NCBI GenBank assembly: GCA_045580715.1
Contig: JAZNOH010000085.1
Span: 33,585 to 97,584, forward strand
Direction of reading: 5' to 3'
Length of the DNA stretch: 64,000 nt
Origin: Clostridia bacterium
GTDB lineage: Bacteria > Bacillota > Clostridia > UBA1381
In this document: positions 26,637 to 33,108 of the stretch, in pieces
Layout: the number at the start of each line of letters is the position of its first letter
Position numbering within the stretch: the first letter of the stretch is position 1
Translations under genes and position numbers: made by a program
Notes under the pieces: generated by a model
Told to the model about the DNA's origin: nothing
Seen by the model: only the letters and a program-made list of their open reading frames with translations
The model's database searches: none

Positions 26637-26864
26637 ATGAAGGGTGATAGAGAATTATTTAATCTTGCAAAGAATTATGTAATGGTCTTTGATTTATATG
26701 AAAGAGCCAGAATAAACAATGAAGAGTTTGCAGAAGAAATGGATAAGATAAGAAACGAAGTTTTAAAAAAGGGATATAGCATTGATAAATTTGTAGAATA
26801 TCAAAGTCTATACCGTGAATTATCTATTAAAGACTATTACGAGTTTATCAAAACTTTGGATTAA
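26637..26864 (+). CDS. hypothetical protein
   Basis: ORF with AAGGAG 8 nt upstream of the ATG at 26637 (the ORF track starts at a GTG at 26628). TGATATAAT extended -10 at 26607-26615. Confidence 0.6.
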   Translation: MKGDRELFNLAKNYVMVFDLYERARINNEEFAEEMDKIRNEVLKKGYSIDKFVEYQSLYRELSIKDYYEFIKTLD

Positions 26865-26888
26865 ATCTTAAATAGGAGTGAATGCACC

Positions 26889-27242
26889 ATGAAAGACACA
26901 AACAGACCTATCCATTATATTCGTAAAAACAGAGAAGACGAAGCTGTGATTTATTTAAAGGATAACGACCAAAAAGCAGCACAAAAATTATTTTGTTATA
27001 TGTATGCCACTGACCATAATATTAATGTATTAGGTGAAACAATGGATATTGAAGAAGTGAAAAATTGTAATGTAATGCTGATTGCATCTGCTTCTATGCT
27101 GACAAGAGACGAAAAAGAATATCGTAAAATTGAAAAGGGATTAAAGAAAAAAGGAATTAGAATTGAAGTTGCTACAAGTGGAGATAATGCCGACAGATAT
27201 GTTGATATGATGTTAAAGTTATCTCGTAAAGGACGCATATAA
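26889..27242 (+). CDS. hypothetical protein with degenerate resolvase-like N-terminal-domain pattern (no catalytic Ser)
   Basis: 117 aa with RBS AGGAGTGAATGCACCATG. AVIYLKDND...NVMLIASASMLTRDEKEYRKIEKGLKKKGIRIEV parallels the resolvase pattern xxxYxRVSxxxQ...vlvxxlDRlxRxxxxxxxixxxlxxxGvxl. Confidence 0.55.
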   Translation: MKDTNRPIHYIRKNREDEAVIYLKDNDQKAAQKLFCYMYATDHNINVLGETMDIEEVKNCNVMLIASASMLTRDEKEYRKIEKGLKKKGIRIEVATSGDNADRYVDMMLKLSRKGRI

Positions 27243-27247
27243 AAAGT

Positions 27248-27276
27248 ATTGAAAATGTATCATTGTGATGGTATAA
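27248..27276 (+). promoter_or_regulatory. orphan consensus SigA-type promoter
   Basis: TTGAAA-17 nt-TATAAT with TGG immediately upstream of the -10 (extended -10). No ORF follows before the terminator. Confidence 0.6.
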
Positions 27277-27282
27277 TCTTTT

Positions 27283-27349
27283 AAGCACTCACAACACTAT
27301 GTATACGCAAAAGACCCTTGTAGAAAATAATCTACAAGGGTCTTTTTTT
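27283..27349 (+). ncRNA. candidate small RNA of about 65 nt (promoter-to-terminator unit)
   Basis: The predicted TSS at about 27283 gives about 27 nt of unstructured leader (AAGCACUCACAACACUAUGUAUACGCA), then a 14-bp perfect terminator hairpin and a U tract. There is no RBS or credible ORF. Confidence 0.45.
27311..27349. terminator. strong rho-independent terminator (also faces the convergent minus-strand genes)
   Basis: AAGACCCTTGTAGA aaataa TCTACAAGGGTCTT followed by TTTTT. On the other strand it is followed by UUUUG. Confidence 0.85.
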
Positions 27350-27418
27350 ACGACACTGGATGTACGAGCAGCAATGATGTCGATATCTAATATTTATTAT
27401 ATTCAGTAGCATTGAATT

Positions 27419-27808
27419 TTATTCATTAACTGATTCCCAATCGCTAAATCTAAATTCGGGGTGTGTTATATATTCTTTTGCTATTGCTTTAAAATCTTTG
27501 GACTTGTTGTTGTATGTAGGCTTTAGATTGTGTAATTTGTCCATCTTTTCATATCCCATAGGAAATGGTTGCCTGAAAAATCTACCGTCCCAATCTCCCC
27601 AGTTCTTACTACTGTTAATGTAGGTATTGCAAAAATCTGCAAGAATTAGATATTCATCGTTATCGGTCTCTTTTGCAATTTCTTCGCATAAGGACTTTGC
27701 TTTTAATGCTCTGTCCTCTGCATTGCGACCAATCCATCCGTGACCCCAATTACCTCTAATATCTTCTAAAAGTAACTGAACTAATAGAATTTTTTCTCTT
27801 GTATTCAT
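27419..27808 (-). CDS. hypothetical protein
   Basis: 129-aa ORF with RBS AAGGAGAAAAACATATAAATG. Last gene of the minus-strand block. Confidence 0.65.
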   Translation of the reverse strand: MNTREKILLVQLLLEDIRGNWGHGWIGRNAEDRALKAKSLCEEIAKETDNDEYLILADFCNTYINSSKNWGDWDGRFFRQPFPMGYEKMDKLHNLKPTYNNKSKDFKAIAKEYITHPEFRFSDWESVNE

Positions 27809-27841
27809 TTATATGTTTTTCTCCTTAAAATAAATATCTTT

Positions 27842-28039
27842 TTATGGCGCAATTCCCATATCCCATTCCCAATAGTCTTCCCCATCAGGTGTTTCATAGG
27901 TTTTTACCCAATCTTTATATTCTTCTTCTCCGAGCAGGGCACGAACCATTTGGTCAATTACCCACATTTTATGATGTGCTCCGTCAATCTGACCATATGA
28001 CCATGCATAGCTTAACGCATTTTTAATTCTTTCTTCCAT
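27842..28039 (-). CDS. conserved small phage protein (YGQIDGAHHKMWVIDQMVRAL motif)
   Basis: 65-aa ORF. I recognise the motif as recurring in unrelated phages, with unknown function. Confidence 0.6.
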   Translation of the reverse strand: MEERIKNALSYAWSYGQIDGAHHKMWVIDQMVRALLGEEEYKDWVKTYETPDGEDYWEWDMGIAP

Positions 28040-28055
28040 ATTGTTCCTTTTAAAA

Positions 28056-28358
28056 TTATCTTTTTAATTGCTTACATTTCTCATAATCGCCAAGTGGCAC
28101 TAATGATGCGGTAAGTACTTGAAATGAGTTTGCTGCTTTAGCGCAAGACTCTCCAAGACCTTTCATTACCTTGCTTAGTTTGCTTAGACTGTATTGTGCC
28201 AACATACTATGAAGAAAACCGTAATTTAAATAAAGTGTTTTGTATGTCAGCAATTTTCTTTTTACATATTGGTCAAGATATTTCTGCCCATCTTTTTTAA
28301 GATGATTCTCGGCTATAATTTTATATCTATATTCTCGTTCTTTGTTTGATAATTGCAT
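28056..28358 (-). CDS. hypothetical protein
   Basis: 100-aa ORF with RBS TGAGGTAAGTTAATG. Confidence 0.6.
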   Translation of the reverse strand: MQLSNKEREYRYKIIAENHLKKDGQKYLDQYVKRKLLTYKTLYLNYGFLHSMLAQYSLSKLSKVMKGLGESCAKAANSFQVLTASLVPLGDYEKCKQLKR

Positions 28359-28388
28359 TAACTTACCTCATAAAATTTAAGTTTTAAG

Positions 28389-28673
28389 TTATCTAATCTC
28401 CACTATTCCAAAATGTAAATCATTATTAATAAATACTTTACAACCCTCATACAAAGCCTTTACATCGGTTCCTTCAAATGCCTTTATAGCATATACAGGG
28501 TCAAAAAATGTTTTTAAATGTAGTTCGGCTACAATTGCTTGGAATGTATTTATGTGCATAAATAAATATGGCTCTTCACCATTTAGCATTGTGTATTCAC
28601 AAATTTCTTCGCTTAATTTATTGAAGTTTATTTCTACGCCTCTTACATTTGCAATGGGAAACTTTCTACTCAT
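28389..28673 (-). CDS. hypothetical protein
   Basis: 94-aa ORF preceded by the conserved junction TTTTAAGAGGTAAATATG. Confidence 0.65.
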   Translation of the reverse strand: MSRKFPIANVRGVEINFNKLSEEICEYTMLNGEEPYLFMHINTFQAIVAELHLKTFFDPVYAIKAFEGTDVKALYEGCKVFINNDLHFGIVEIR

Positions 28674-28776
28674 ATTTACCTCTTAAAATCTCAGTTTTAT
28701 TTATATTTTTAATGTTTATTATTATTGACTAAAACGCTATGTTTGTCTGTTGTTTTAAACATTATCTTTTATAACA

Positions 28777-29313
28777 TTAATTGTTGTGCGATAATGCAAG
28801 ATATAAAACCTCTCTGGACATTTCTGCGATTGACTTATTATATCCAGCATTATTAATCATATAGTCAACCTCGTCCCATATGCCATCGAACATTCCAACA
28901 TCGGACAAGTTCCTTCTGTAACTCTCTTCTATGTCATCGCCGCGCTGAAGAATCTTAATGAGTCTATCTCTGCGAGGAACATTTATATAGAAAGATATTG
29001 TATTAATATCTTTAATTTTAGAAACTTGTCTTAAACCGTGAGGTGTAAGAACTGCAACTTTATCATCGGTGCAATCTTTCTTAGCAACACCATAGTACCA
29101 ATCTCTATAGACTGCTTGTTCTGCAAAGAAATCTTGTTCACTTAATCTACGAAATTGCGATTTACTAATAAAATGATAATCAACACCATCAACTTCGCCC
29201 TCTCGTGGAGGTCTGGTCGTATATGATACTATTTTGTTGTATCCACAATTATCTACAAGATACTTTTCAATGCTGGATTTGCCGCTGGCGCTCTCGCCTA
29301 CTAATACAATCAT
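28777..29313 (-). CDS. gmk: guanylate kinase
   Basis: P-loop GESASGKSS and YTTRPPREGEVDGVDYHFIS signature. 4-nt overlap with the upstream ThyX-like gene. Confidence 0.8.
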   Translation of the reverse strand: MIVLVGESASGKSSIEKYLVDNCGYNKIVSYTTRPPREGEVDGVDYHFISKSQFRRLSEQDFFAEQAVYRDWYYGVAKKDCTDDKVAVLTPHGLRQVSKIKDINTISFYINVPRRDRLIKILQRGDDIEESYRRNLSDVGMFDGIWDEVDYMINNAGYNKSIAEMSREVLYLALSHNN

Positions 29314-29933
29314 CTGCTCTCCTCCAATACAATTTCCTTAAAATATGGAAGACTCTTAATCCAGTCACAAAGCGTGTGCCATTCTGAGAGCTTGTGGTTT
29401 CGCCTTGCGTTATAGATATTAATAAGATTTTCATAGTTAAGAGTGCAAGTACGCATTTGATTATAGGACGAAGGAAGAAGCTGAATTATATTGTGCCAAT
29501 GCTCCTTATCCTTAGTCTCGTTATATTTAATGCGCTCATCCTCCATAAAGGCGATAAGCGAGTCGAGCTGTGCTAATGCAGCATTGCTCATTCTGTCACA
29601 AGAGAAGTCATCTCTGTTAAATTCTTTTGAGTGTATCTTGTGCATTGTTGAACAAGAGTTGGCAACAGTACCCACCTTGTAAGTGTCGTACTCTTTCCAC
29701 CAATATAACGGCGCCGTAATATCAACCGAAACAAAAATCTGACGAAGATATTTACGATGGTCGCTGCCCGCTTTCGCAAGCCTCTTCGCCAATCCCAAAT
29801 CATTTTCACCTAAAACATAGTTGCCATTTTTGTCATAATAACTATCACTTTTTGCCCAAGAATTTAGAGGGTTTCTGGCTCCCCTCATAGCATTCTCAAG
29901 ATTCATTACACTTGTTCTTTCAAGTTTAATCAT
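29310..29933 (-). CDS. ThyX-fold (flavin-dependent thymidylate synthase-like) protein with non-canonical active-site motif
   Basis: GSDHRKYLRQIFVSVDITAPLYWW.. and LLPSSYNQMRTCTLNYENLINIYNARR...SEW follow the ThyX pattern. The position of the RHRxxS motif reads TYKVGT. Confidence 0.65.
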   Translation of the reverse strand: MIKLERTSVMNLENAMRGARNPLNSWAKSDSYYDKNGNYVLGENDLGLAKRLAKAGSDHRKYLRQIFVSVDITAPLYWWKEYDTYKVGTVANSCSTMHKIHSKEFNRDDFSCDRMSNAALAQLDSLIAFMEDERIKYNETKDKEHWHNIIQLLPSSYNQMRTCTLNYENLINIYNARRNHKLSEWHTLCDWIKSLPYFKEIVLEESR

Positions 29934-29947
29934 TAATATACAGCTCC

Positions 29948-30427
29948 TTAAATTACTTCTTTTAAATATTTGCTATCGGTATTTTGTAAATAGCTTTCAA
30001 TTAATCGGCTCTCATTCTTGGTTTTACTAAAAGCTATAACATTAATTGTTTTATTTCCTTTTCTAGTGTATCCATCATTGGCTATGTGCTTAATTTTATG
30101 TTCGGTAAGGTAGTGGCATAACTTCTTAATATCTTCTACATCTGAAGATGTGAGCACCATTGTCCACTTTGCATCCTTACGAAACTTATTGTTAATAAGA
30201 AATGCAATATAGTTGCCAACTCCTGATGAAACCGCAACTATAACAATAGCCAATATCGTATTGTCTTCAATTACTTGGTCAATTACCAAATAGAATATCA
30301 ACTGAGAAATAACAACTAATATAGAAGATAATATCTTTTGTTCTTTATAGGTGGCAATGCTCTTGGCGGTTAGCACAATATTATCAAAAATCTTAATTAC
30401 TGCTAAAAATATATATCCAATCATCAA
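29948..30427 (-). CDS. UPF0316/DUF2179-like integral membrane protein
   Basis: 159 aa. Three N-terminal TM helices plus a C-terminal soluble domain. Colinear by eye with Bacillus YebE-type UPF0316 proteins. Confidence 0.55.
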   Translation of the reverse strand: MMIGYIFLAVIKIFDNIVLTAKSIATYKEQKILSSILVVISQLIFYLVIDQVIEDNTILAIVIVAVSSGVGNYIAFLINNKFRKDAKWTMVLTSSDVEDIKKLCHYLTEHKIKHIANDGYTRKGNKTINVIAFSKTKNESRLIESYLQNTDSKYLKEVI

Positions 30428-30627
30428 TAATCCGAACCTTCAACAATATCAAACTTTTCTAAGAGGCAGTCTTGGCATAATTCTTTGCCGCTATAATGAT
30501 ATAGCTTTTCTTCGCTACCACATTCATCGCAATAAAATCGTACAACATTTACATAGGGGCAATAGTAGCCCAAACAATGCAAGCCAATACTGGTGCATCC
30601 AACACATTCATCTTCTATTCTTTTCAT
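30424..30627 (-). CDS. Cys-rich small protein (zinc-ribbon-like)
   Basis: 67 aa with CVGC...C..YYC...YCDECG...CQDC. 4-nt overlaps on both sides. Confidence 0.6.
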   Translation of the reverse strand: MKRIEDECVGCTSIGLHCLGYYCPYVNVVRFYCDECGSEEKLYHYSGKELCQDCLLEKFDIVEGSDY

Positions 30628-31115
30628 TTGTAATCTTCGTCCTCAAAATCAATATATGTACTATAAAAATTATCAGTAAGTATTACTTCGTAATCTTCAT
30701 CGCCTTCATATCGAAATACAACAAGAAATAGATTGCCACTTTCGGTTTGATAAACAAACTTGTCTTTATTCTTTCTAAAATACTTAATAGCTGACCGAAT
30801 ACGCTCTCTTATCTTGTCATTATTACATACATCAACTGCACCATTTTCCTTAGAAGTGTGGAAGAAATGCGTGGGGAATTCAACATTGTCCACCGTTAAT
30901 GTAATGGTGTTTTCGTTTCCCTCAAGCATGTTGCCATAGCCACAGCAAGGGCAATCTAAATACATGCAACCAAGAGCGCCCATTCTTAAATCCGATTCTT
31001 CATATTCTAGTTCAGACCTACATTCCTCACAGATGTGCTTTCTCGGATACGGCTCAATCCCCTCGATATCTTCTTCAATGCCCACATTCTTATAATTATT
31101 TTTCAATACTTTCAT
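30624..31115 (-). CDS. hypothetical protein with zinc-ribbon motifs
   Basis: 163 aa with CEEC...CPCCG. Confidence 0.6.
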   Translation of the reverse strand: MKVLKNNYKNVGIEEDIEGIEPYPRKHICEECRSELEYEESDLRMGALGCMYLDCPCCGYGNMLEGNENTITLTVDNVEFPTHFFHTSKENGAVDVCNNDKIRERIRSAIKYFRKNKDKFVYQTESGNLFLVVFRYEGDEDYEVILTDNFYSTYIDFEDEDYK

Positions 31116-31402
31116 TCCTTTTCTCCTTTTCTATCTTTTTCCCAAGCAATCATTGCATTGTTGCCGAATACAACTTCATTTGTTAAGACCTTTTTCTTAT
31201 TTTCGAAATTATCCCAAATAATCTCTGGTCTCGACATTCTTATTTTCATCGGTCTTTTATCTCTTGCAATTTGATTTACTGTCTGCATGAAACTCGCTTC
31301 TATCATTGCTCTTGGCGCTTCTATTGTTTGTTTGTTAACTAATTTGTCTTCAATATAGATTTCAAATGTAACTCCATATGTTTCAAACATATCTCTAAGC
31401 AT
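31112..31402 (-). CDS. hypothetical protein
   Basis: 96-aa ORF with RBS GAGGTCATTAAAATG. Confidence 0.6.
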   Translation of the reverse strand: MLRDMFETYGVTFEIYIEDKLVNKQTIEAPRAMIEASFMQTVNQIARDKRPMKIRMSRPEIIWDNFENKKKVLTNEVVFGNNAMIAWEKDRKGEKE

Positions 31403-31429
31403 TTTAATGACCTCGCATTGTTTATATAT

Positions 31430-31621
31430 TTATCTCTTATTCTTTTCGTTTTCTCTTTCTTTAACTCTTGTTAAAAAACATCCCCAAGAACAAGTGTATC
31501 CGCCAGCGGCAATATATTTTGTATCGTCGTTGGGCTTAAATTCTTTTTTGCAAACAGGACAAGTAAGCAACCCCTTGGAACCGATAAGTTCTGATATGGA
31601 ATAATTCATAGTTTGTACCAT
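31430..31621 (-). CDS. small Cys-containing protein
   Basis: 63-aa ORF (CPVC...CSWGC). The RBS is weak and the start is uncertain (31621 or 31609). Confidence 0.5.
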   Translation of the reverse strand: MVQTMNYSISELIGSKGLLTCPVCKKEFKPNDDTKYIAAGGYTCSWGCFLTRVKERENEKNKR

Positions 31622-31748
31622 TATTATTTTATTTGCGTAGTTTTCCCTTGTTATCGTACAAGGTGGGAATTCGCAACCGCCCGTCGTAGACGCTTGTTTC
31701 GTAACATTTGCAGAGTTGTTGGCAACAAGAAAATATCAACCGTCTCTT

Positions 31749-31837
31749 TGGCGCAGAAAGAGGGATTCGAACCCCCGTGGGTGTTAGCCCTAACGGTTTT
31801 CAAGACCGCCTCGTTGTGACCGCTTCGATATTTCTGC
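31749..31837 (-). tRNA. tRNA-Ser (anticodon UGA), class II, CCA encoded
   Basis: Hand-folded. Acceptor GCAGAAA/TTTCTGC, anticodon loop CTTGAAA, long variable arm, T arm GGGGGTTCGAATCCCTC, 3-prime GCCA. Confidence 0.9.
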
Positions 31838-31842
31838 ATATT

Positions 31843-31928
31843 TGGTGTCGGTAGTGGGACTTGAACCCACACGATATCACTCGCCAGATTTTGAGTCTGG
31901 TGCGTCTGCCTATTCCGCCATACCGACA
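31843..31928 (-). tRNA. tRNA-Leu (anticodon CAA), class II, CCA encoded
   Basis: Acceptor TGTCGGT/ACCGACA, anticodon stem CCAGA/TCTGG with loop CTCAAAA, T arm GTGGGTTCAAGTCCCAC. Confidence 0.9.
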
Positions 31929-31932
31929 TAAT

Positions 31933-32007
31933 TGGTGACTCCAGCGAGAATCGAACTCGCGTTTTCGCCGTGAAAGGGCGATGTCTTAGCCGCTTGACTA
32001 TGGAGCC
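31933..32007 (-). tRNA. tRNA-Glu (anticodon UUC), CCA encoded
   Basis: Acceptor GGCTCCA/TGGAGTC, anticodon loop CTTTCAC, T arm CGAGTTCGATTCTCG. Confidence 0.9.
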
Positions 32008-32009
32008 AT

Positions 32010-32106
32010 TGGCGGAAGGTTTCGGACTTGAACCGAAACGCCGAATAAACTTCGACTACTCAGAGATTAGCAATCTCTTGCCTTACCAAATTAGGCTTAA
32101 CCTTCC
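32010..32106 (-). tRNA. tRNA-Ser (anticodon GCU), class II, CCA encoded
   Basis: Acceptor GGAAGGT/ACCTTCC, anticodon stem AGAGA/TCTCT with loop TTGCTAA, long variable arm, T arm TTCGGTTCAAGTCCGAA. Confidence 0.85.
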
Positions 32107-32699
32107 ACATATATAAGTACTCCAACAACCGCTATTGATAAGTAGCGATACGGTATTTTACCCTACTCCGCAGTAGCACACATCCATCTTTAGCATCGCG
32201 TACTATGAGCTACTCATTTAAGGGGTGAGCCAAATCCCACTAAAGAATCTACAACCCGACCTTTTATATGCCGTATATCGGTCAACGGCTATCTTTGTTG
32301 TTGGCTTTAAACGAAATCGCCTTTCGACGAAATCTCAACTCTTCCTACACTTGGATAGGCGAGCAATGATAGTTTTCTTTCGACTTTCGCCTATCGTAGA
32401 ATTGGTTCACTATCAACCTGTTTGTGCCTCTCCCTAACCCCTTCACTCCCTACGCCGAACAAAGGTCTTCATCGGAGTCAACATCATCTCAAGTATGGTG
32501 CTATGAACTGGTCTACCAGTTGTGCAAGATTTGACTACTATTCTGACATATAGACCACGCTTTACACTTATCTATGTCCGTTTTTGTTGTTTGCATAACC
32601 GTCAAGGACGGCATTGTGCTTACCAATGTCTTGGCACATTCGAATAGTAATCTTAACTTCCTTGATTGAGCGCAAGGGAACGCCTATGTCCTTTCGGAC
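32107..32699 (-). ncRNA. 593-nt ORF-free structured region inside the tRNA operon; candidate large ornate ncRNA (ROOL/GOLLD-like class)
   Basis: Flanked directly by tRNAs on the same strand. GC is visibly above the local background and there is no T-loop. Many local hairpins are present, including the GNRA-capped GUCC-GAAA-GGAC, CCAA-GACA-UUGG and UCGUC-GAAA-GGCGA, plus a 9-bp stem at 32354-32362/32387-32395. Confidence 0.6.
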
Positions 32700-32775
32700 T
32701 GGTCGGAATGACAGGATTTGAACCTGCGACATCTACATCCCAAATGTAGCGCTCTACCAACTGAGCCACATCCCG
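32700..32775 (-). tRNA. tRNA-Pro (anticodon UGG), CCA encoded
   Basis: Acceptor CGGGATG/CATTCCG, D arm GCTCAGTTGGTAGAGC, anticodon loop TTTGGGA, T arm CAGGTTCAAATCCTG. Confidence 0.9.
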
Positions 32776-32778
32776 ATT

Positions 32779-32853
32779 TGGCAGCGGTTGCTGGATTCGA
32801 ACCAGCGACTGCAGGAGTCAAAGTCCTGTGCCTTACCGCTTGGCGAAACCGCT
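32779..32853 (-). tRNA. tRNA-Gln (anticodon UUG), CCA encoded
   Basis: Acceptor AGCGGTT/AACCGCT, anticodon stem CAGGA/TCCTG with loop CTTTGAC, T arm CTGGTTCGAATCCAG. Confidence 0.9.
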
Positions 32854-32965
32854 ATACAATACCGCCTATAACGGTTTGCTCTATAAAGAACAAGGTTGAT
32901 TTTCACTCGCTTATTATATATAACTTTATTAGTTAAATAATGTTTATTTCCCTTTGACTGTACAT

Positions 32966-32994
32966 ATTATATCACAATAATAATTATTTGTCAA
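32966..32994 (-). promoter_or_regulatory. consensus SigA-type promoter P1 (drives tRNA/ncRNA operon)
   Basis: Minus strand reads TTGACA-17 nt-TATAAT with TGTGA directly upstream of the -10 (-16 TRTG motif). An A/T-tract UP-like element lies at 32995-33030. Confidence 0.8.
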
Positions 32995-33032
32995 TAGGTT
33001 TTTGAAATTTTTTAAAAATTTTTTATTTTATA

Positions 33033-33068
33033 TTTCGTCGTAAAAAGTATATAGAATTTTCAACGAAA
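33033..33068 (-). terminator. possible terminator hairpin after dut
   Basis: Minus strand UUUCGUUG...CGACGAAA, an 8-bp stem with a 20-nt loop followed by a U/A-rich tract. Confidence 0.3.
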
Positions 33069-33108
33069 CCTTGTTCTAACCACTTAAAATTAGAATTTTA
33101 TAATGTCA

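Noticed and set aside
31622-31748. A possible seventh tRNA downstream of tRNA-Ser(UGA).
   Set aside because: I could not fold a cloverleaf. There is no T-loop consensus and no matching acceptor stem, only nested hairpins.
32107-32699. The 593-nt region interpreted as tmRNA, RNase P RNA, a group I intron inside a tRNA, or additional tRNAs.
   Set aside because: There is no tRNA-like acceptor and T-arm pair with a GGTTCGA-type loop, so tmRNA and extra tRNAs are unlikely. I found no GAGGAAAGTCC-type P4 signature, which argues against RNase P. The flanking tRNAs are complete and uninterrupted, which argues against an intron. These rejections were made by eye only and should be confirmed with covariance models.
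31613-32936. ORFs 31613-31819 (+), 31651-31929 (-), 32225-32437 (+) and 32718-32936 (+).
   Set aside because: They overlap the hand-folded tRNAs or the structured 593-nt region. They lack RBSs and translate to non-protein-like sequence.
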